The notes beneath the pieces were generated by a model that searched no databases, had not been told where the DNA came from, and saw only the letters and a program-made list of their open reading frames with translations. Shown here piece by piece: positions 23,365-34,847 of a stretch of DNA of 64,000 bases (its first letter is position 1; each line of letters opens with the position of its first letter). The translations under genes and the position numbers were made by a program. Origin of the DNA: Alphaproteobacteria bacterium (GTDB lineage: Bacteria; Pseudomonadota; Alphaproteobacteria; MPNO01); contig CBDAUF010000002.1 of the NCBI GenBank assembly GCA_965200535.1, positions 403,995 to 467,994 of the forward strand, given 5' to 3'.

Positions 23365-23706
23365 ATGGGACGGGCAGCCAGGAGCGGCGGCCGGATCAAG
23401 AAGATTCGCAAGGGCGACAACGTGATCGTCCTGACCGGGCGCGACAAAGGGAAGCGCGGCAGCGTTCTCAGGGTGATGCCGAAGGAAGCGCGGCTGATCG
23501 TGCAGAGCGTCAATGTTGTCAAGCGCCACACGCGCCCGTCGCAGACCCAGACTGGGGGCATCGTCGAAAAGGAAGCCCCGATCCACGTTTCCAACGTGGC
23601 GCTGATCGACCCGGTTTCAGACAAGCCGACGCGGGTCGGGTTCCGCCTGCTCGAGGACGGCCGCAAGGTGCGCTACGCCAAGGCGTCCGGCGAGGTGATC
23701 GATTAG
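23365..23706 (+). CDS. rplX: 50S ribosomal protein L24
   Basis: [21 protein letters not shown] motif, 113 aa with a short N-terminal extension. Confidence 0.9.
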   Translation: MGRAARSGGRIKKIRKGDNVIVLTGRDKGKRGSVLRVMPKEARLIVQSVNVVKRHTRPSQTQTGGIVEKEAPIHVSNVALIDPVSDKPTRVGFRLLEDGRKVRYAKASGEVID

Positions 23707-23717
23707 GGACGAGAGGG

Positions 23718-24257
23718 ATGCCGCGCCTTCAGGAACATTACGAACAGGTCGTCAGGCAGACGCTGCAGGACGAGTACGGTTACAGCAACCCGATGCAGGT
23801 GCCGAGGCTGGAGAAGGTCGTCCTCAATATGGGGGTGGGCGAAGCGGTCGGCGACTCGAAGAAGATCGAGGCGGCGGCGCGCGACATGGCGCTGATCGCC
23901 GGCCAGAAGCCGATCGTCATCCGCGCCCGCAAGTCGGTCGCCCAGTTCAAGCTCCGCGAAGGCATGGCGGTCGGCGTCAAGGTCACCCTGCGGCGGGCGA
24001 TGATGTACGAGTTTCTCGACCGGCTGATCACCATCGCGCTGCCGCGCGTGCGCGATTTCCGCGGCCTGTCGGCGAGGAGCTTCGACGGCAACGGCAACTA
24101 TGCGATGGGGCTGAAGGAGCAGATCGTCTTCCCCGAGATCGACTACGACACCGTCGACCAGATGCGCGGTATGGACATCGTCGTCGTCACCACCGCAAAG
24201 CGGGACGACGAGGCGAGATCGCTGCTCAGGGGATTCCAGTTTCCCTTCGTGAACTGA
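23718..24257 (+). CDS. rplE: 50S ribosomal protein L5
   Basis: Sits at the expected operon position, 179 aa, with [20 protein letters not shown]. Confidence 0.95.
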   Translation: MPRLQEHYEQVVRQTLQDEYGYSNPMQVPRLEKVVLNMGVGEAVGDSKKIEAAARDMALIAGQKPIVIRARKSVAQFKLREGMAVGVKVTLRRAMMYEFLDRLITIALPRVRDFRGLSARSFDGNGNYAMGLKEQIVFPEIDYDTVDQMRGMDIVVVTTAKRDDEARSLLRGFQFPFVN

Positions 24258-24279
24258 GGCAAGGACCGGGAACGATCGG

Positions 24280-24585
24280 ATGGCGAAGAAGAGCGCCGAG
24301 GAAAGAAACAGGAAACGCCAGCGGCTGGCCGCTCGCGACCGCGAGAGGCGCAATGCCCTGAAGGCGGCCGCGAACGACCGCAGCCTGCCGATGGAAGAGC
24401 GCTATGACGCGCGGCTCAAGCTCGCCAAGATGCCGCGCAACGGCTCGCCCGTACGCATCCGCAACCGCTGCGAACTCAGCGGGCGGCCGCGCGGGTATTA
24501 CCGGAAGTTCCGCATTTCGCGCATCGCGCTGCGCGACCTCGCTGCCTTCGGGCTGATCCCCGGCATGGTCAAGTCGAGTTGGTAG
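24280..24585 (+). CDS. rpsN: 30S ribosomal protein S14
   Basis: 101 aa, with the C-terminus [21 protein letters not shown]. Confidence 0.95.
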   Translation: MAKKSAEERNRKRQRLAARDRERRNALKAAANDRSLPMEERYDARLKLAKMPRNGSPVRIRNRCELSGRPRGYYRKFRISRIALRDLAAFGLIPGMVKSSW

Positions 24586-24598
24586 GAGGGGCGCAACG

Positions 24599-24997
24599 AT
24601 GACGATGAGCGATCCCCTGGGCGATATGCTGACCCGTATCCGCAACGGGCAGAGGGCGCACAAGACGGCGGTCGATGCGCCGGCCTCGAGGCTGCGCGCC
24701 AACGTGCTCGACGTGCTCCAGCGCGAGGGCTATATCCGCGGTTACAGCGAGAGCCAGCTCAAGAAGGGGATTTCCGAACTCCGCATCGAGTTGAAGTATC
24801 ACGAGGGCAGGCCGGTGATCCGCGAGATCCGGCGGATCTCCAAGCCGGGGCGGCGGGTCTATTCGAAGATCAGGGATCTGGCGCCGGTCTATAACGGTCT
24901 CGGCATCTCGATCCTGTCCACCCCGCGGGGCGTGATGTCGGACAGCGAGGCGCGGGCCGCCAATGTCGGCGGCGAAGTTCTCTGCATGGTGTTCTAG
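24599..24997 (+). CDS. rpsH: 30S ribosomal protein S8
   Basis: [14 protein letters not shown] motif, 132 aa. Confidence 0.95.
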   Translation: MTMSDPLGDMLTRIRNGQRAHKTAVDAPASRLRANVLDVLQREGYIRGYSESQLKKGISELRIELKYHEGRPVIREIRRISKPGRRVYSKIRDLAPVYNGLGISILSTPRGVMSDSEARAANVGGEVLCMVF

Positions 24998-25005
24998 GAG
25001 GCGGC

Positions 25006-25539
25006 ATGTCGCGCGTTGGACAGGTTCCGGTCACGCTTCCCGCCGGCGTCGAGGTGGCGATCGCCGGGCGCGAGGTGAACGCAACGGGAAAACTCGGCGC
25101 GTTGACGCTGACGTTGCCCGACGAGGTCGGGCTGACCCAGGAAGACGGCAGGCTGACGGTGACGCCGCGCAGTCAGACCAAGCGCGCTCGCGCGCTGTGG
25201 GGGACAACCAGGAGCCTGCTGCAGAATGTCGTCACCGGCGTCAGCGAGGGGTTCAAGATCGACCTCGAGATCACCGGCGTCGGCTATCGAGCGGCGGTGG
25301 ACGGCCGCGAACTCGTGCTCCAGCTCGGCTACAGCCACGAAATTCGGCACGCGATCCCGGACCGGATCGAGATCGCCTGCGAGCGGCCGACACGGATTTC
25401 CGTATCCGGTATCGACCGTCAGCAGGTGGGCCAGGTCGCGGCCGAAATCCGCGCCTATCGAAAGCCCGAACCCTACAAGGGCAAGGGCATCCGCTATGCC
25501 AACGAGGTCATCGTCCGCAAGGAAGGCAAGAAGAAGTAG
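25006..25539 (+). CDS. rplF: 50S ribosomal protein L6
   Basis: MSRVGQVPVTLPAGVEV..., 177 aa. Confidence 0.95.
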   Translation: MSRVGQVPVTLPAGVEVAIAGREVNATGKLGALTLTLPDEVGLTQEDGRLTVTPRSQTKRARALWGTTRSLLQNVVTGVSEGFKIDLEITGVGYRAAVDGRELVLQLGYSHEIRHAIPDRIEIACERPTRISVSGIDRQQVGQVAAEIRAYRKPEPYKGKGIRYANEVIVRKEGKKK

Positions 25540-25548
25540 GAACGACCG

Positions 25549-25911
25549 ATGACAAGCGTCTCCCATCTCGCCGCGAGGCGCCGCGCCAGAGTGCGGCGGC
25601 GGCTCAGGCGGAACAATACCGACCGTCCGCGGCTCTCCGTCCATCGGTCGAACAAGAATATCTCCGCCCAGGTGATCGACGACCGCATCGGCCGGACGCT
25701 GGCCGCGGCCTCGACCCTGGAGAAGGATGTGCGGTCCGGCCTCAAGACCGGGGCGGACACCGACGCAGCCGCCGCGGTCGGCCGGCTGATCGCCGAGCGC
25801 GCGCTCGCCAGCGGCGTTACGGAGGTCGTTTTCGACCGCGGCTCCTACGTTTACCACGGCAGGGTCAAGGCCCTGGCGGAGGCGGCCCGCGAGGGCGGCC
25901 TCGCATTCTGA
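25549..25911 (+). CDS. rplR: 50S ribosomal protein L18
   Basis: [19 protein letters not shown] motif, 120 aa. Confidence 0.93.
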   Translation: MTSVSHLAARRRARVRRRLRRNNTDRPRLSVHRSNKNISAQVIDDRIGRTLAAASTLEKDVRSGLKTGADTDAAAAVGRLIAERALASGVTEVVFDRGSYVYHGRVKALAEAAREGGLAF

Positions 25912-25933
25912 GATTCTGGCTGGGGATCTGGCG

Positions 25934-26521
25934 ATGGCACGACGCCCGCGATCCGACCGCAACCAGCGGACGGACGATTCGGAACAAAACGAGCTTGTAG
26001 ACAAGCTGGTCAGCATCAACCGCGTCGCCAAGGTGGTGAAGGGCGGGCGGCGCTTCGGCTTCGCGGCGCTGGTCGTGGTGGGCGACGCCAAGGGGCGCGT
26101 CGGCTACGGCAGCGGCAAGGCGCGCGAGGTGCCCGAGGCGATCCGCAAGGCGACCGAACAGGCCAAGCGCACGCTGATCCGCGTACCGCTGCGCGAGGGG
26201 CGGACGTTGCACCACGACATCGTCGGCCGTTTCGGTGCCGGCCGGGTGGTGCTCCGTGCGGCGCCGCCCGGGACCGGGATCATCGCCGGCGGACCCATGC
26301 GGGCGGTGTTCGAGACCCTCGGCGTCCACGACGTCGTCGCCAAGTCGATCGGCACCGCCAACCCCTACAACATGGTCAAGGCGACGTTCGACGGGCTGTC
26401 CCGGCTGAATTCGCCGCGCGCGGTCGCGGCGCGGCGCGGCAAGAAGATCGGCGATATTCTCGGCCGCCGCCCGGGCGATGAGCCGCCGGCGCAGGCCGCG
26501 GGGGCCTCGGCCAATGGCTGA
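25934..26521 (+). CDS. rpsE: 30S ribosomal protein S5
   Basis: [16 protein letters not shown] motif, 195 aa with a low-complexity tail. Confidence 0.95.
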   Translation: MARRPRSDRNQRTDDSEQNELVDKLVSINRVAKVVKGGRRFGFAALVVVGDAKGRVGYGSGKAREVPEAIRKATEQAKRTLIRVPLREGRTLHHDIVGRFGAGRVVLRAAPPGTGIIAGGPMRAVFETLGVHDVVAKSIGTANPYNMVKATFDGLSRLNSPRAVAARRGKKIGDILGRRPGDEPPAQAAGASANG

Positions 26522-26708
26522 GGCGGGAAAGACCGTGACCGTGACCCAGATCAAGAGCCCGATCGGCCGTCCGGCCGACCAGCGTGCGACGCTGATCGGC
26601 CTCGGGCTCAACAAGCTGCACCGCACGCGGGTTCTGGAAGACACGCCTGCCGTGCGCGGGATGATCCGCAAGGTTTCACACCTCGTTTCGGTCGAGGAAC
26701 GGGGCTAG
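26514..26708 (+). CDS. rpmD: 50S ribosomal protein L30
   Basis: [23 protein letters not shown] motif. ATG 26514 overlaps the end of rpsE. Confidence 0.9.
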   Translation: MAEAGKTVTVTQIKSPIGRPADQRATLIGLGLNKLHRTRVLEDTPAVRGMIRKVSHLVSVEERG

Positions 26709-26734
26709 AGTCTGGCCGGGGCGGGAGCGACGCG

Positions 26735-27262
26735 ATGAGGCTGAACGAAATCCGCGACAACCCGGGCGCAAGGCGGCCGCGCAAGCGCATCGCCCGCGGC
26801 ATCGGATCGGGCTCCGGCAAGACGGCGGGCAAGGGCCAGAAGGGCCAGAAATCGAGGAGCGGCGTTTCGCTGGTCGGTTTCGAGGGCGGCCAGATGCCGC
26901 TCTACCGGCGCCTGCCCAAGCGCGGGTTCTACAACCCGTTCCGCAAGAACTACCGGATCGTCAACCTCGGCCGCCTGCAGGCGGCGATCGATGCGGGCAG
27001 GATCGATCCCGGCCAGCCGATCACCGAGGAGACGCTGATTGCCGCGGGGCTGGTCAAGTCCCGCCGGGACGGCATTCGCGTGCTCGCGCAGGGCGAGATC
27101 ACGGCGAGTGTGACGCTGCGGGTCTCGGGCGCGTCCAGGGCCGCGGTCGCGGCGGTCGAGAAGGCGGGGGGCACCCTGTCGAGCGACGCCGGTGCAGGCG
27201 GAGGGGAACCGGCGGGGGGCGCCGCGGCGGACGACGGAGACGGCACCGGGGCGGGAGGCTAG
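26735..27262 (+). CDS. rplO: 50S ribosomal protein L15
   Basis: [12 protein letters not shown]...[14 protein letters not shown], 175 aa with a Gly/Ala/Asp tail. Confidence 0.93.
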   Translation: MRLNEIRDNPGARRPRKRIARGIGSGSGKTAGKGQKGQKSRSGVSLVGFEGGQMPLYRRLPKRGFYNPFRKNYRIVNLGRLQAAIDAGRIDPGQPITEETLIAAGLVKSRRDGIRVLAQGEITASVTLRVSGASRAAVAAVEKAGGTLSSDAGAGGGEPAGGAAADDGDGTGAGG

Positions 27263-27265
27263 CCC

Positions 27266-28605
<1,340 letters not shown>

Positions 28606-28609
<4 letters not shown>

Positions 28610-29262
28610 ACCTGATCCTGCTCGGCCCGCCCGGCGCGGGGAAGGGCACCCAGGCAAGCCGCCTCGAGGAGGCGTGCGGGCCGGTGCAGCTTTCGACCGG
28701 CGACATGCTGCGCGCGGCCGTCGCCTCGGGCAGCGAGATCGGCCGGACGGCGAAGGCGATCATGGAAGCGGGCGAACTGGTTCCCGATGACGTAATGGTG
28801 TCGATGATCGAGCAGCGCATCGACGAACCGGACTGCGCCGGCGGGTTCATCCTCGACGGGTTTCCCCGCACCGTCGGGCAGGCCGAGGCGCTCGACGAGA
28901 TGCTCGCGCGCAAGGCCAGGCGGCTCGATGCGGTGATCGAGATGGCGGTCGACGACGGCATCCTTGTCGAGCGCATCGCCGGGCGCTTCTCCTGCGCCCG
29001 CTGCGGGGCGGGCTACCACCGGCGGTTCCAGCCGCCCGTCCGCGAGGGAATCTGCGACCGTTGCGGCGGCACCGAGTTCAAACAGCGGCCCGACGACAAT
29101 GCCGAGACCGTCAAGACCCGCCTTGCCGCCTATCACGCGCAGACCGCGCCGCTCCTGCCGTACTACCGGGAACGCGGCGTTCTCAGGACCGTCGACGGGA
29201 TGGCCGGAATCGACGAGGTGACGGGCCAGATACGCACGGTCGTCGATGCCCTCGGGGCCTGA
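28606..29262 (+). CDS. adk: Adenylate kinase (Cys4 zinc-lid type)
   Basis: GPPGAGKGTQ P-loop. Lid sequence CARCG...CDRCGG. Its start overlaps the secY stop. Confidence 0.95.
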
Positions 29263-29393
29263 TTGACCGCCGCCCGAGCCGCGATTACGCTTCGCCGAAA
29301 TCCCGCAGCCGCCGGCGTTCCGCGCCCCTGCATCGCAACCGACGGGGCCGGAGACCGTCGGCGCGCCGCCGCCGCCACGGGAGGAGTTCCGAG

Positions 29394-30524
29394 ATGACGC
29401 AGAAGAAGGCCGTCTTCATCGACCGCAGCGGGTACCGGACACCCGATATCGATCTCTGGGAACCCGTCGTCATTACCAGGGAAGAGATCGAGGAGGAGGC
29501 CGGGCGTCTCGCGGGCCTCGACCGGCCGCACAACGGACGGCGCCATTCGGTTGTCGCCCACCCCGACTGGCAGTCGCTCGGCGTCGGGCCCGGGCTTCAG
29601 CCCGGAGTCCGGGTCACCCTCGAGGTCCTGAAGCCGGGTGAGCAATCGGCGCCGATACGGCACAACTCGACCCAGGTCAATTTCTGCATCGGCGGCGGCG
29701 GCCATTCGATCGTCAACGGCAGGCGCATCCCGTTCGCGCGCTACGACGTGTGGAACTTCCCGTCGATGGCAACCTACTGGCACGTCAACGACACCGACGA
29801 CCTTCAGGTGCGGCTCACCTACTCCAACGCGCCGCTGCTGGAGAAGATGAACGTCCACATCGTCGATGAGGATCCGCCGCCGCTGATCGAGGCAGTCGGC
29901 GGCGAGCCGGAACCGGCCGCCGAGGCGGCGCCGGACCAGCGCGACGTCAACCCCTACGGCACGTTCCAGTTGACCGACGACGGGGCGTGGCTGATGCCCT
30001 ACGAGACGCTGATCAACCCCGCGGCGGTGGATTCGCCGGCGCTCCACTGGCCGTGGCAGGAGGTGAAGCGCGAGCTCGACAAGCTGCAGGACCTCGGTCA
30101 GGAGTATCGCGGCCGGCGCCTCTATCTCCTGTTCAATCCCATGACCGGCCGTTTCAACGGCACCACGCCCAACTTCTTCGCGACCATGACGGTGCGGCCG
30201 CCGAAGATCGTCGACCGCCCGCACCGCCACGTCTCCGCGGCGATCAACTACTATTTCTCGGGCAGCGGCCGTTCCACCGTGGAGGGCAAGGTCTACCAGT
30301 GGAAGGCCGGCGATCTGATGCTGTCGGCGCCGGGCTGGGCGGTCCACAACCATGCGTCTCACGACGAGGCGGTCTACGAGCTCACCATCCAGGACCAGCC
30401 GCTCAACATCGCCATGGAATCGCTCCTCTGGCAGGAAGACCTCAAGCATCCGTGGTCGGTGCTCGGCGCCAATGTCGGCTTCGAGACCAACAAGGAGCAG
30501 ATCCAGGCGGCGTTCGGCGAATAG
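29394..30524 (+). CDS. Bicupin protein, gentisate-1,2-dioxygenase-like
   Basis: GGGAGGAG RBS before ATG 29394. There are two cupin cores. The C-terminal one carries HRHVSAAINYYFSGSG...GD...HNH, resembling ring-cleavage bicupin dioxygenases. Confidence 0.6.
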   Translation: MTQKKAVFIDRSGYRTPDIDLWEPVVITREEIEEEAGRLAGLDRPHNGRRHSVVAHPDWQSLGVGPGLQPGVRVTLEVLKPGEQSAPIRHNSTQVNFCIGGGGHSIVNGRRIPFARYDVWNFPSMATYWHVNDTDDLQVRLTYSNAPLLEKMNVHIVDEDPPPLIEAVGGEPEPAAEAAPDQRDVNPYGTFQLTDDGAWLMPYETLINPAAVDSPALHWPWQEVKRELDKLQDLGQEYRGRRLYLLFNPMTGRFNGTTPNFFATMTVRPPKIVDRPHRHVSAAINYYFSGSGRSTVEGKVYQWKAGDLMLSAPGWAVHNHASHDEAVYELTIQDQPLNIAMESLLWQEDLKHPWSVLGANVGFETNKEQIQAAFGE

Positions 30525-31436
30525 GTGTCTGCAGCGATGATCGATCTGCCCGACGATTTCCTGCGCGGTTCGATCCCGCCCCTGATCACCCCGTTCCGCG
30601 GCGGGGCGGTGGACTACGCCGCCTACGCCGAGATGGTCGAGTTCCAGATTCGGGAGGGCTCGCACGGCATCCTCGTCAACGGCACGACCTCGGAACCGGC
30701 GACCCTGACCGTCGAGGAGCGCAACCGCGCGGTCGATATCGCGGTCGAGGCGGCGGCGGGACGGGTGCCGGTCGTGGCCGCCACCGGCTCGCAGTCCTTC
30801 GCCGACACCGGAGCGCTGACCCGCCATGCGGAACGGGCGGGCGCCGACGCGCTGCTGATCGTCACCCCGTACTTCCTGCGCCCGCCGCAGCGCGGGCTGG
30901 TGGCCTATTATCTCGAACTCGCCGGGGAGACCGGCCTGCCGTGGATGATCTACCACATCCCCGGCCGCGCCGCGGTCGGCGTGACCCTCGACACCCTCTC
31001 CGAAATCGCCGGCAAGGCGGACAATTTCGTCGGCATGAAGCACGCGGTCGACGATCTCGGCTTCGTCAGCCGCTGCCTGGCGAAATTCGGCATGCGGTTC
31101 CGCATCTTCGTCGGGCTCGAGGATCTGAGCTACCCGATGATGGCGGTCGGCGCCTGCGGGCTGATGAACGCGGTCGGCAACCTCCAGCCGGCGCGGCTCG
31201 CGGCGATGTGCGAAGCGGTCCGGGAAGGCAGTCTCCAGAAGGCCCGGGACATCCACTATGCGCTGTTCGAGATCAACCAGGCGGTCTTCTTCGACACCAA
31301 CCCGATCCCCATCAAGTACATGATGAAACGGCTCGGCCTGATCCCGCAGAACGAGCACCGCCTGCCCATGGTCCCCGCCCTCCCCGAACTGGAAAAGCGC
31401 CTCGACGGGGTGCTCGAGCGGGCGGGAATGATCTGA
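30525..31436 (+). CDS. Dihydrodipicolinate synthase/N-acetylneuraminate lyase (DapA) family class I aldolase or dehydratase
   Basis: PPLITPF, VNGTTSE, IYHIPGR and the Schiff-base lysine context VGMKHA. It starts immediately after the bicupin stop. Confidence 0.8.
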   Translation: MSAAMIDLPDDFLRGSIPPLITPFRGGAVDYAAYAEMVEFQIREGSHGILVNGTTSEPATLTVEERNRAVDIAVEAAAGRVPVVAATGSQSFADTGALTRHAERAGADALLIVTPYFLRPPQRGLVAYYLELAGETGLPWMIYHIPGRAAVGVTLDTLSEIAGKADNFVGMKHAVDDLGFVSRCLAKFGMRFRIFVGLEDLSYPMMAVGACGLMNAVGNLQPARLAAMCEAVREGSLQKARDIHYALFEINQAVFFDTNPIPIKYMMKRLGLIPQNEHRLPMVPALPELEKRLDGVLERAGMI

Positions 31437-31520
31437 TCCCGACGTACCGGCGTTGTGCCTCCAGGTGGGAGGCGCAGCGAACCCGGGCGTTGCACCAGAT
31501 TGTCCGGTTTCGGGCGGTAT

Positions 31521-31572
31521 CGGACCGCGGGCTCCGCTATGGCTTCGACGCCACAACCTTGCCCGCGGTCCG
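31521..31572. repeat. 12-bp perfect inverted repeat (CGGACCGCGGGC / GCCCGCGGTCCG) separated by 28 nt
   Basis: Read directly. It lies in the convergent intergenic region between the DapA-family gene and the TRAP binding-protein gene, and has no U-tract. Confidence 0.5.
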
Positions 31573-31616
31573 GGAAGCGGCAGTACGGCGGGCGATCCCC
31601 GCCTGCCGGATCGGTC

Positions 31617-32738
31617 CTAGATCCGGTCGGGATCGAGCTTGCTGAACACCTCGTCCCACAGCGCCTGCGCGAACTTGTCGGGGTCGTCGCCGATATTCTG
31701 GTGGATCTTCTCCCATTTAGCGACGTTGGCGAGATGGGCCTTGACGATCGCATCCGCCGATTTGACCCCGTCCTTCTTCGCCAGGGAGGGAACGATGTCC
31801 AGTTCCTTCTTCTTGTAGACCTCGAACGCGGGAGCCATCGAGCCATCCTCGACGGTGATCGTGACGCCCCGCTTGGCCGCCTCCGCGCGCACGTGCACGT
31901 CCTCCGCCATGTAGCCCCGGATCGTGATGTTGGCGATCAGGCCGGGAGCGTGCTTGACCATCGCCGTCCTTTCGGACGTCGACAACGCCTTCCAGGCGTC
32001 GCGGTTGACCACCATGCCGGACGGCGTCGGCTGGATCGCGAGATGCGCATCGAGCACGTGCTTTGTGAGATCCCACAGCCCGAACGACTGCAGCCAGCTG
32101 ATAGGTCCGGCTATGCAGTCGAGATTGCCGCGTTGAATCGCCTGCACCGCCTTCGCCGGGCTTCCGCCGACCGGAACGGCGCCGAGCGACTTGAGGAAGC
32201 GGCCGAGCGCGCCGACGACCCGCACCCGCCGACCCTTCATGTCAGACGCCTTGGTGATCGGCGCACGGCACAGGAGATTGAACCGCGTCGATGCATAGTT
32301 GGCCAGGAACAGCGCGTTGTTCCTGGAGAAGTCCGCCTTGCATGCCGGACAATCGAGATGATAGGTCTCGGCCACCGCGCCCGCCATGACGACCGGCGAC
32401 ACCGACGCGTTGATCAGATCGTAAACGACGTTGGCAGCGCGCAGTTCCTTGCGGGTGAACGCCGGAATGACCGGCCCGCCCGCGTCGGCGATGCGGTCAC
32501 GGATGCCGGCCAATGTGGCGCGGCCGCCGAACAACTGTCCGCCGGCGAGGACTTTCCACTTGAGCGATCCGCTCGTCTCCCCGGTGACCGCCTTCAAATA
32601 GGGCACCACGCCCTGGGTCAGCACCACGTTCTTCGGGCTATTCCACGATCCGTATACGTAATCGGCCGCCGCCGCAGACTGTGCCGCAAAGGCCAGCACA
32701 GCGGCAACACCCGTCGAGAGCATCCATCTGTTCGACAT
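31617..32738 (-). CDS. TRAP-type periplasmic solute-binding protein
   Basis: Signal peptide MSNRWMLSTGVAAVLAFAAQSAAAADY. GGGAGGG RBS. Divergent from the dctQ/dctM-type genes. Confidence 0.65.
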   Translation of the reverse strand: MSNRWMLSTGVAAVLAFAAQSAAAADYVYGSWNSPKNVVLTQGVVPYLKAVTGETSGSLKWKVLAGGQLFGGRATLAGIRDRIADAGGPVIPAFTRKELRAANVVYDLINASVSPVVMAGAVAETYHLDCPACKADFSRNNALFLANYASTRFNLLCRAPITKASDMKGRRVRVVGALGRFLKSLGAVPVGGSPAKAVQAIQRGNLDCIAGPISWLQSFGLWDLTKHVLDAHLAIQPTPSGMVVNRDAWKALSTSERTAMVKHAPGLIANITIRGYMAEDVHVRAEAAKRGVTITVEDGSMAPAFEVYKKKELDIVPSLAKKDGVKSADAIVKAHLANVAKWEKIHQNIGDDPDKFAQALWDEVFSKLDPDRI

Positions 32739-32896
32739 TTCGTATTCCCTCCCGGTTCTCGTCGTTCTGCCCCGTTCGGAACCCGAGCCGGCCCGGCAGG
32801 GCGTTTGTGATTGGGTGCAATCCTGCCAGACTGCATCGTCCGGGTTCCTCAAGTCAAAGATCGTACCGCTGCGGGAACTGAAGCGGGGGAGGTGGT

Positions 32897-33442
32897 ATGG
32901 CGCGGTTCAACCCCGAGCGTCCGCTCAGAAGGCTGGGCGAGGGTCTCGCCATCGGCGGCGGCGCGGCGCTGGTGCTGATGATGCTGCACATCGTTGCCGA
33001 CGTCGCGACCAAGTACCTGTTCAACGATCCGATCGACGGCACGACAGAGATCGTCGCCGCCTACTACATGGTTGCGGTGGTGTTCCTGCCGCTGGCCTAT
33101 GTGACGATTGCCGAGGGACACCTGATCGTCGAACTGTTTACCGTCCGGATCGGCGGCCGCCCGCTTGCCGCGCTGGTGGGCGCCGCCGGACTGATAACGC
33201 TCCTGTACCTTCTGTTCTTCATCTACCACACCGCGGTGGAGGCGGTTCGCCGCACCCGTGAAGGCGAGGCGTGGGAGACCTCGGTCGACCTCGTGGCGGT
33301 CTGGCCGAGCCGCTGGTTCCTGACCGTCGGCCTCACGGCGATGGCGCTCTATGTCGCGCTGGCGCTGGCCCGCCACTTCAGCCGCCGCTCCCCGGAACCG
33401 GGGTGGGCCCGGCTCGAAATCCCCACCCGCGACGCCTATTGA
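32897..33442 (+). CDS. TRAP transporter small permease (DctQ-type)
   Basis: 181 aa with 4 TM segments, directly upstream of the large permease. Confidence 0.75.
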   Translation: MARFNPERPLRRLGEGLAIGGGAALVLMMLHIVADVATKYLFNDPIDGTTEIVAAYYMVAVVFLPLAYVTIAEGHLIVELFTVRIGGRPLAALVGAAGLITLLYLLFFIYHTAVEAVRRTREGEAWETSVDLVAVWPSRWFLTVGLTAMALYVALALARHFSRRSPEPGWARLEIPTRDAY

Positions 33443-33479
33443 GCCGGGGCGGCGCGAATGAGCGTTCGGGACGCTTGAC

Positions 33480-34787
33480 GTGACCCACCTCGAGATCGGC
33501 TTTGCCGGGATCGGCGCGGTCCTCGCGCTGATCGCGGTGCGGGTGCCGATCGGCGTGGCGCTCGGCGGTGTATCGATCGTCGGCATCATCTTTATCCGCG
33601 GCCCCGACGTCGCAGCCGGCGTGGTCAAGAATACGCCCTTCGAGTTCGCCGCCAACTGGTCGATCTCCGCGATTCCGATGTTTCTGCTGATGGGGGCGGT
33701 CGCGCACCATTCCGGGATCAGTGCGTCGCTGTTCCAGGCGGCGCGGCTATGGCTCGGCAATCTGCCCGGCGGGCTCGCGGTCGCCAGCAACTTCGCCTGT
33801 GCCGGTTTCTCTGCTGCGTCGGGGTCGAGCCTGGCAACCGCGGCCGCGATGGGCCGGATCACCATCCCCGAGATGATCGGTCACGGGTACGACAAGGGGC
33901 TATCGACCGGCGTGGTGGTCGCGGCGGGGACGCTGGGTTCGCTCATCCCGCCCTCCATCCTGATGGTGCTCTACGGCATCTTCGCCGAGACCTCGATCGC
34001 GCAGCTCCTGATCGCCGGCGTGTTGCCCGGCATCCTCACCGCCGTGGTGTACGCCGCGATGATCGTCGCGCGCTGCAGCCTGAGTCCTGCGCTCGCCCCG
34101 CCGGTCCGGGAGCGGGTCCCGCTCGGCCGAAAACTCGCCGCGCTCGGCGATGTGTGGCCGATCCTGGTCCTGATCCTCGGGATCGTCGGCGGCATCTACT
34201 CCGGGTTGGTGACGCCGACCGAGGCGGGCGCCTTCGGCGCGTTCCTGTCCTTGGTTATCGCCACATTCCAGGGGCGCATGAGCTGGGATCTATTCAGGAC
34301 CAGCGTCATGGAAGCCCTTGTCGGCACGGCGAAGATATTTTTCATCGCCATCGGCGCGGTGCTGCTCACCCGGTTTCTGGCTCTGAGCGGCGTCCCGTTC
34401 TTCATCGGCGAGATGATCGGCGACTGGGCGCTCGATCCGCTGCTGCTGGTCCTTGCGACCTCGCTGATCTACGTGCTGCTCGGCATGTTTCTCGAGCCGC
34501 TCGGGCTGATGCTGCTGACCCTGCCCTTGCTGTTGCCGATGTTCGAGGCCCTCAACCTCGATCTCGTGTGGCTGGGCGTGCTGGTCATCAAATATCTCGA
34601 GATCGGGCTGATGACACCGCCGGTCGGCTTCAACGTCTATATCGTCAAGAGCGTGGTCGGCGACGACGTTCCCCTCGGCACCATCTTCCGTGGTGTGACC
34701 TGGTTCCTCGCTTGCGAAGTCGTGGTCGTCGGTCTGCTTGTTGCCTTCCCCGAGATTTCCCTGTTCCTTCCCCGATTGATGACATAA
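33480..34787 (+). CDS. TRAP transporter large permease (DctM-type)
   Basis: 435 aa and polytopic, with typical DctM segments (IPMFLLMG, GSLIPPSI). Confidence 0.9.
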   Translation: MTHLEIGFAGIGAVLALIAVRVPIGVALGGVSIVGIIFIRGPDVAAGVVKNTPFEFAANWSISAIPMFLLMGAVAHHSGISASLFQAARLWLGNLPGGLAVASNFACAGFSAASGSSLATAAAMGRITIPEMIGHGYDKGLSTGVVVAAGTLGSLIPPSILMVLYGIFAETSIAQLLIAGVLPGILTAVVYAAMIVARCSLSPALAPPVRERVPLGRKLAALGDVWPILVLILGIVGGIYSGLVTPTEAGAFGAFLSLVIATFQGRMSWDLFRTSVMEALVGTAKIFFIAIGAVLLTRFLALSGVPFFIGEMIGDWALDPLLLVLATSLIYVLLGMFLEPLGLMLLTLPLLLPMFEALNLDLVWLGVLVIKYLEIGLMTPPVGFNVYIVKSVVGDDVPLGTIFRGVTWFLACEVVVVGLLVAFPEISLFLPRLMT

Positions 34788-34847
34788 CCCGGCATCCCGA
34801 CCGTCTCCCGGCAGCCTCCGCGGGGCGGTTGCAGGATCGGGGCGCCC

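Noticed and set aside
29339-29361. A hairpin CCGACGG-N9-CCGTCGG downstream of adk as an intrinsic terminator.
   Set aside because: The stem is only 7 bp, there is no U-tract, and it sits about 75 nt after the stop. This is insufficient to call a terminator.
32764-32777. A LexA-like direct repeat GTTC-N6-GTTC in the divergent TRAP promoter region.
   Set aside because: The alphaproteobacterial SOS box is GTTC-N7-GTTC. The spacing here is 6 nt and the context (a transporter promoter) is not SOS-related.
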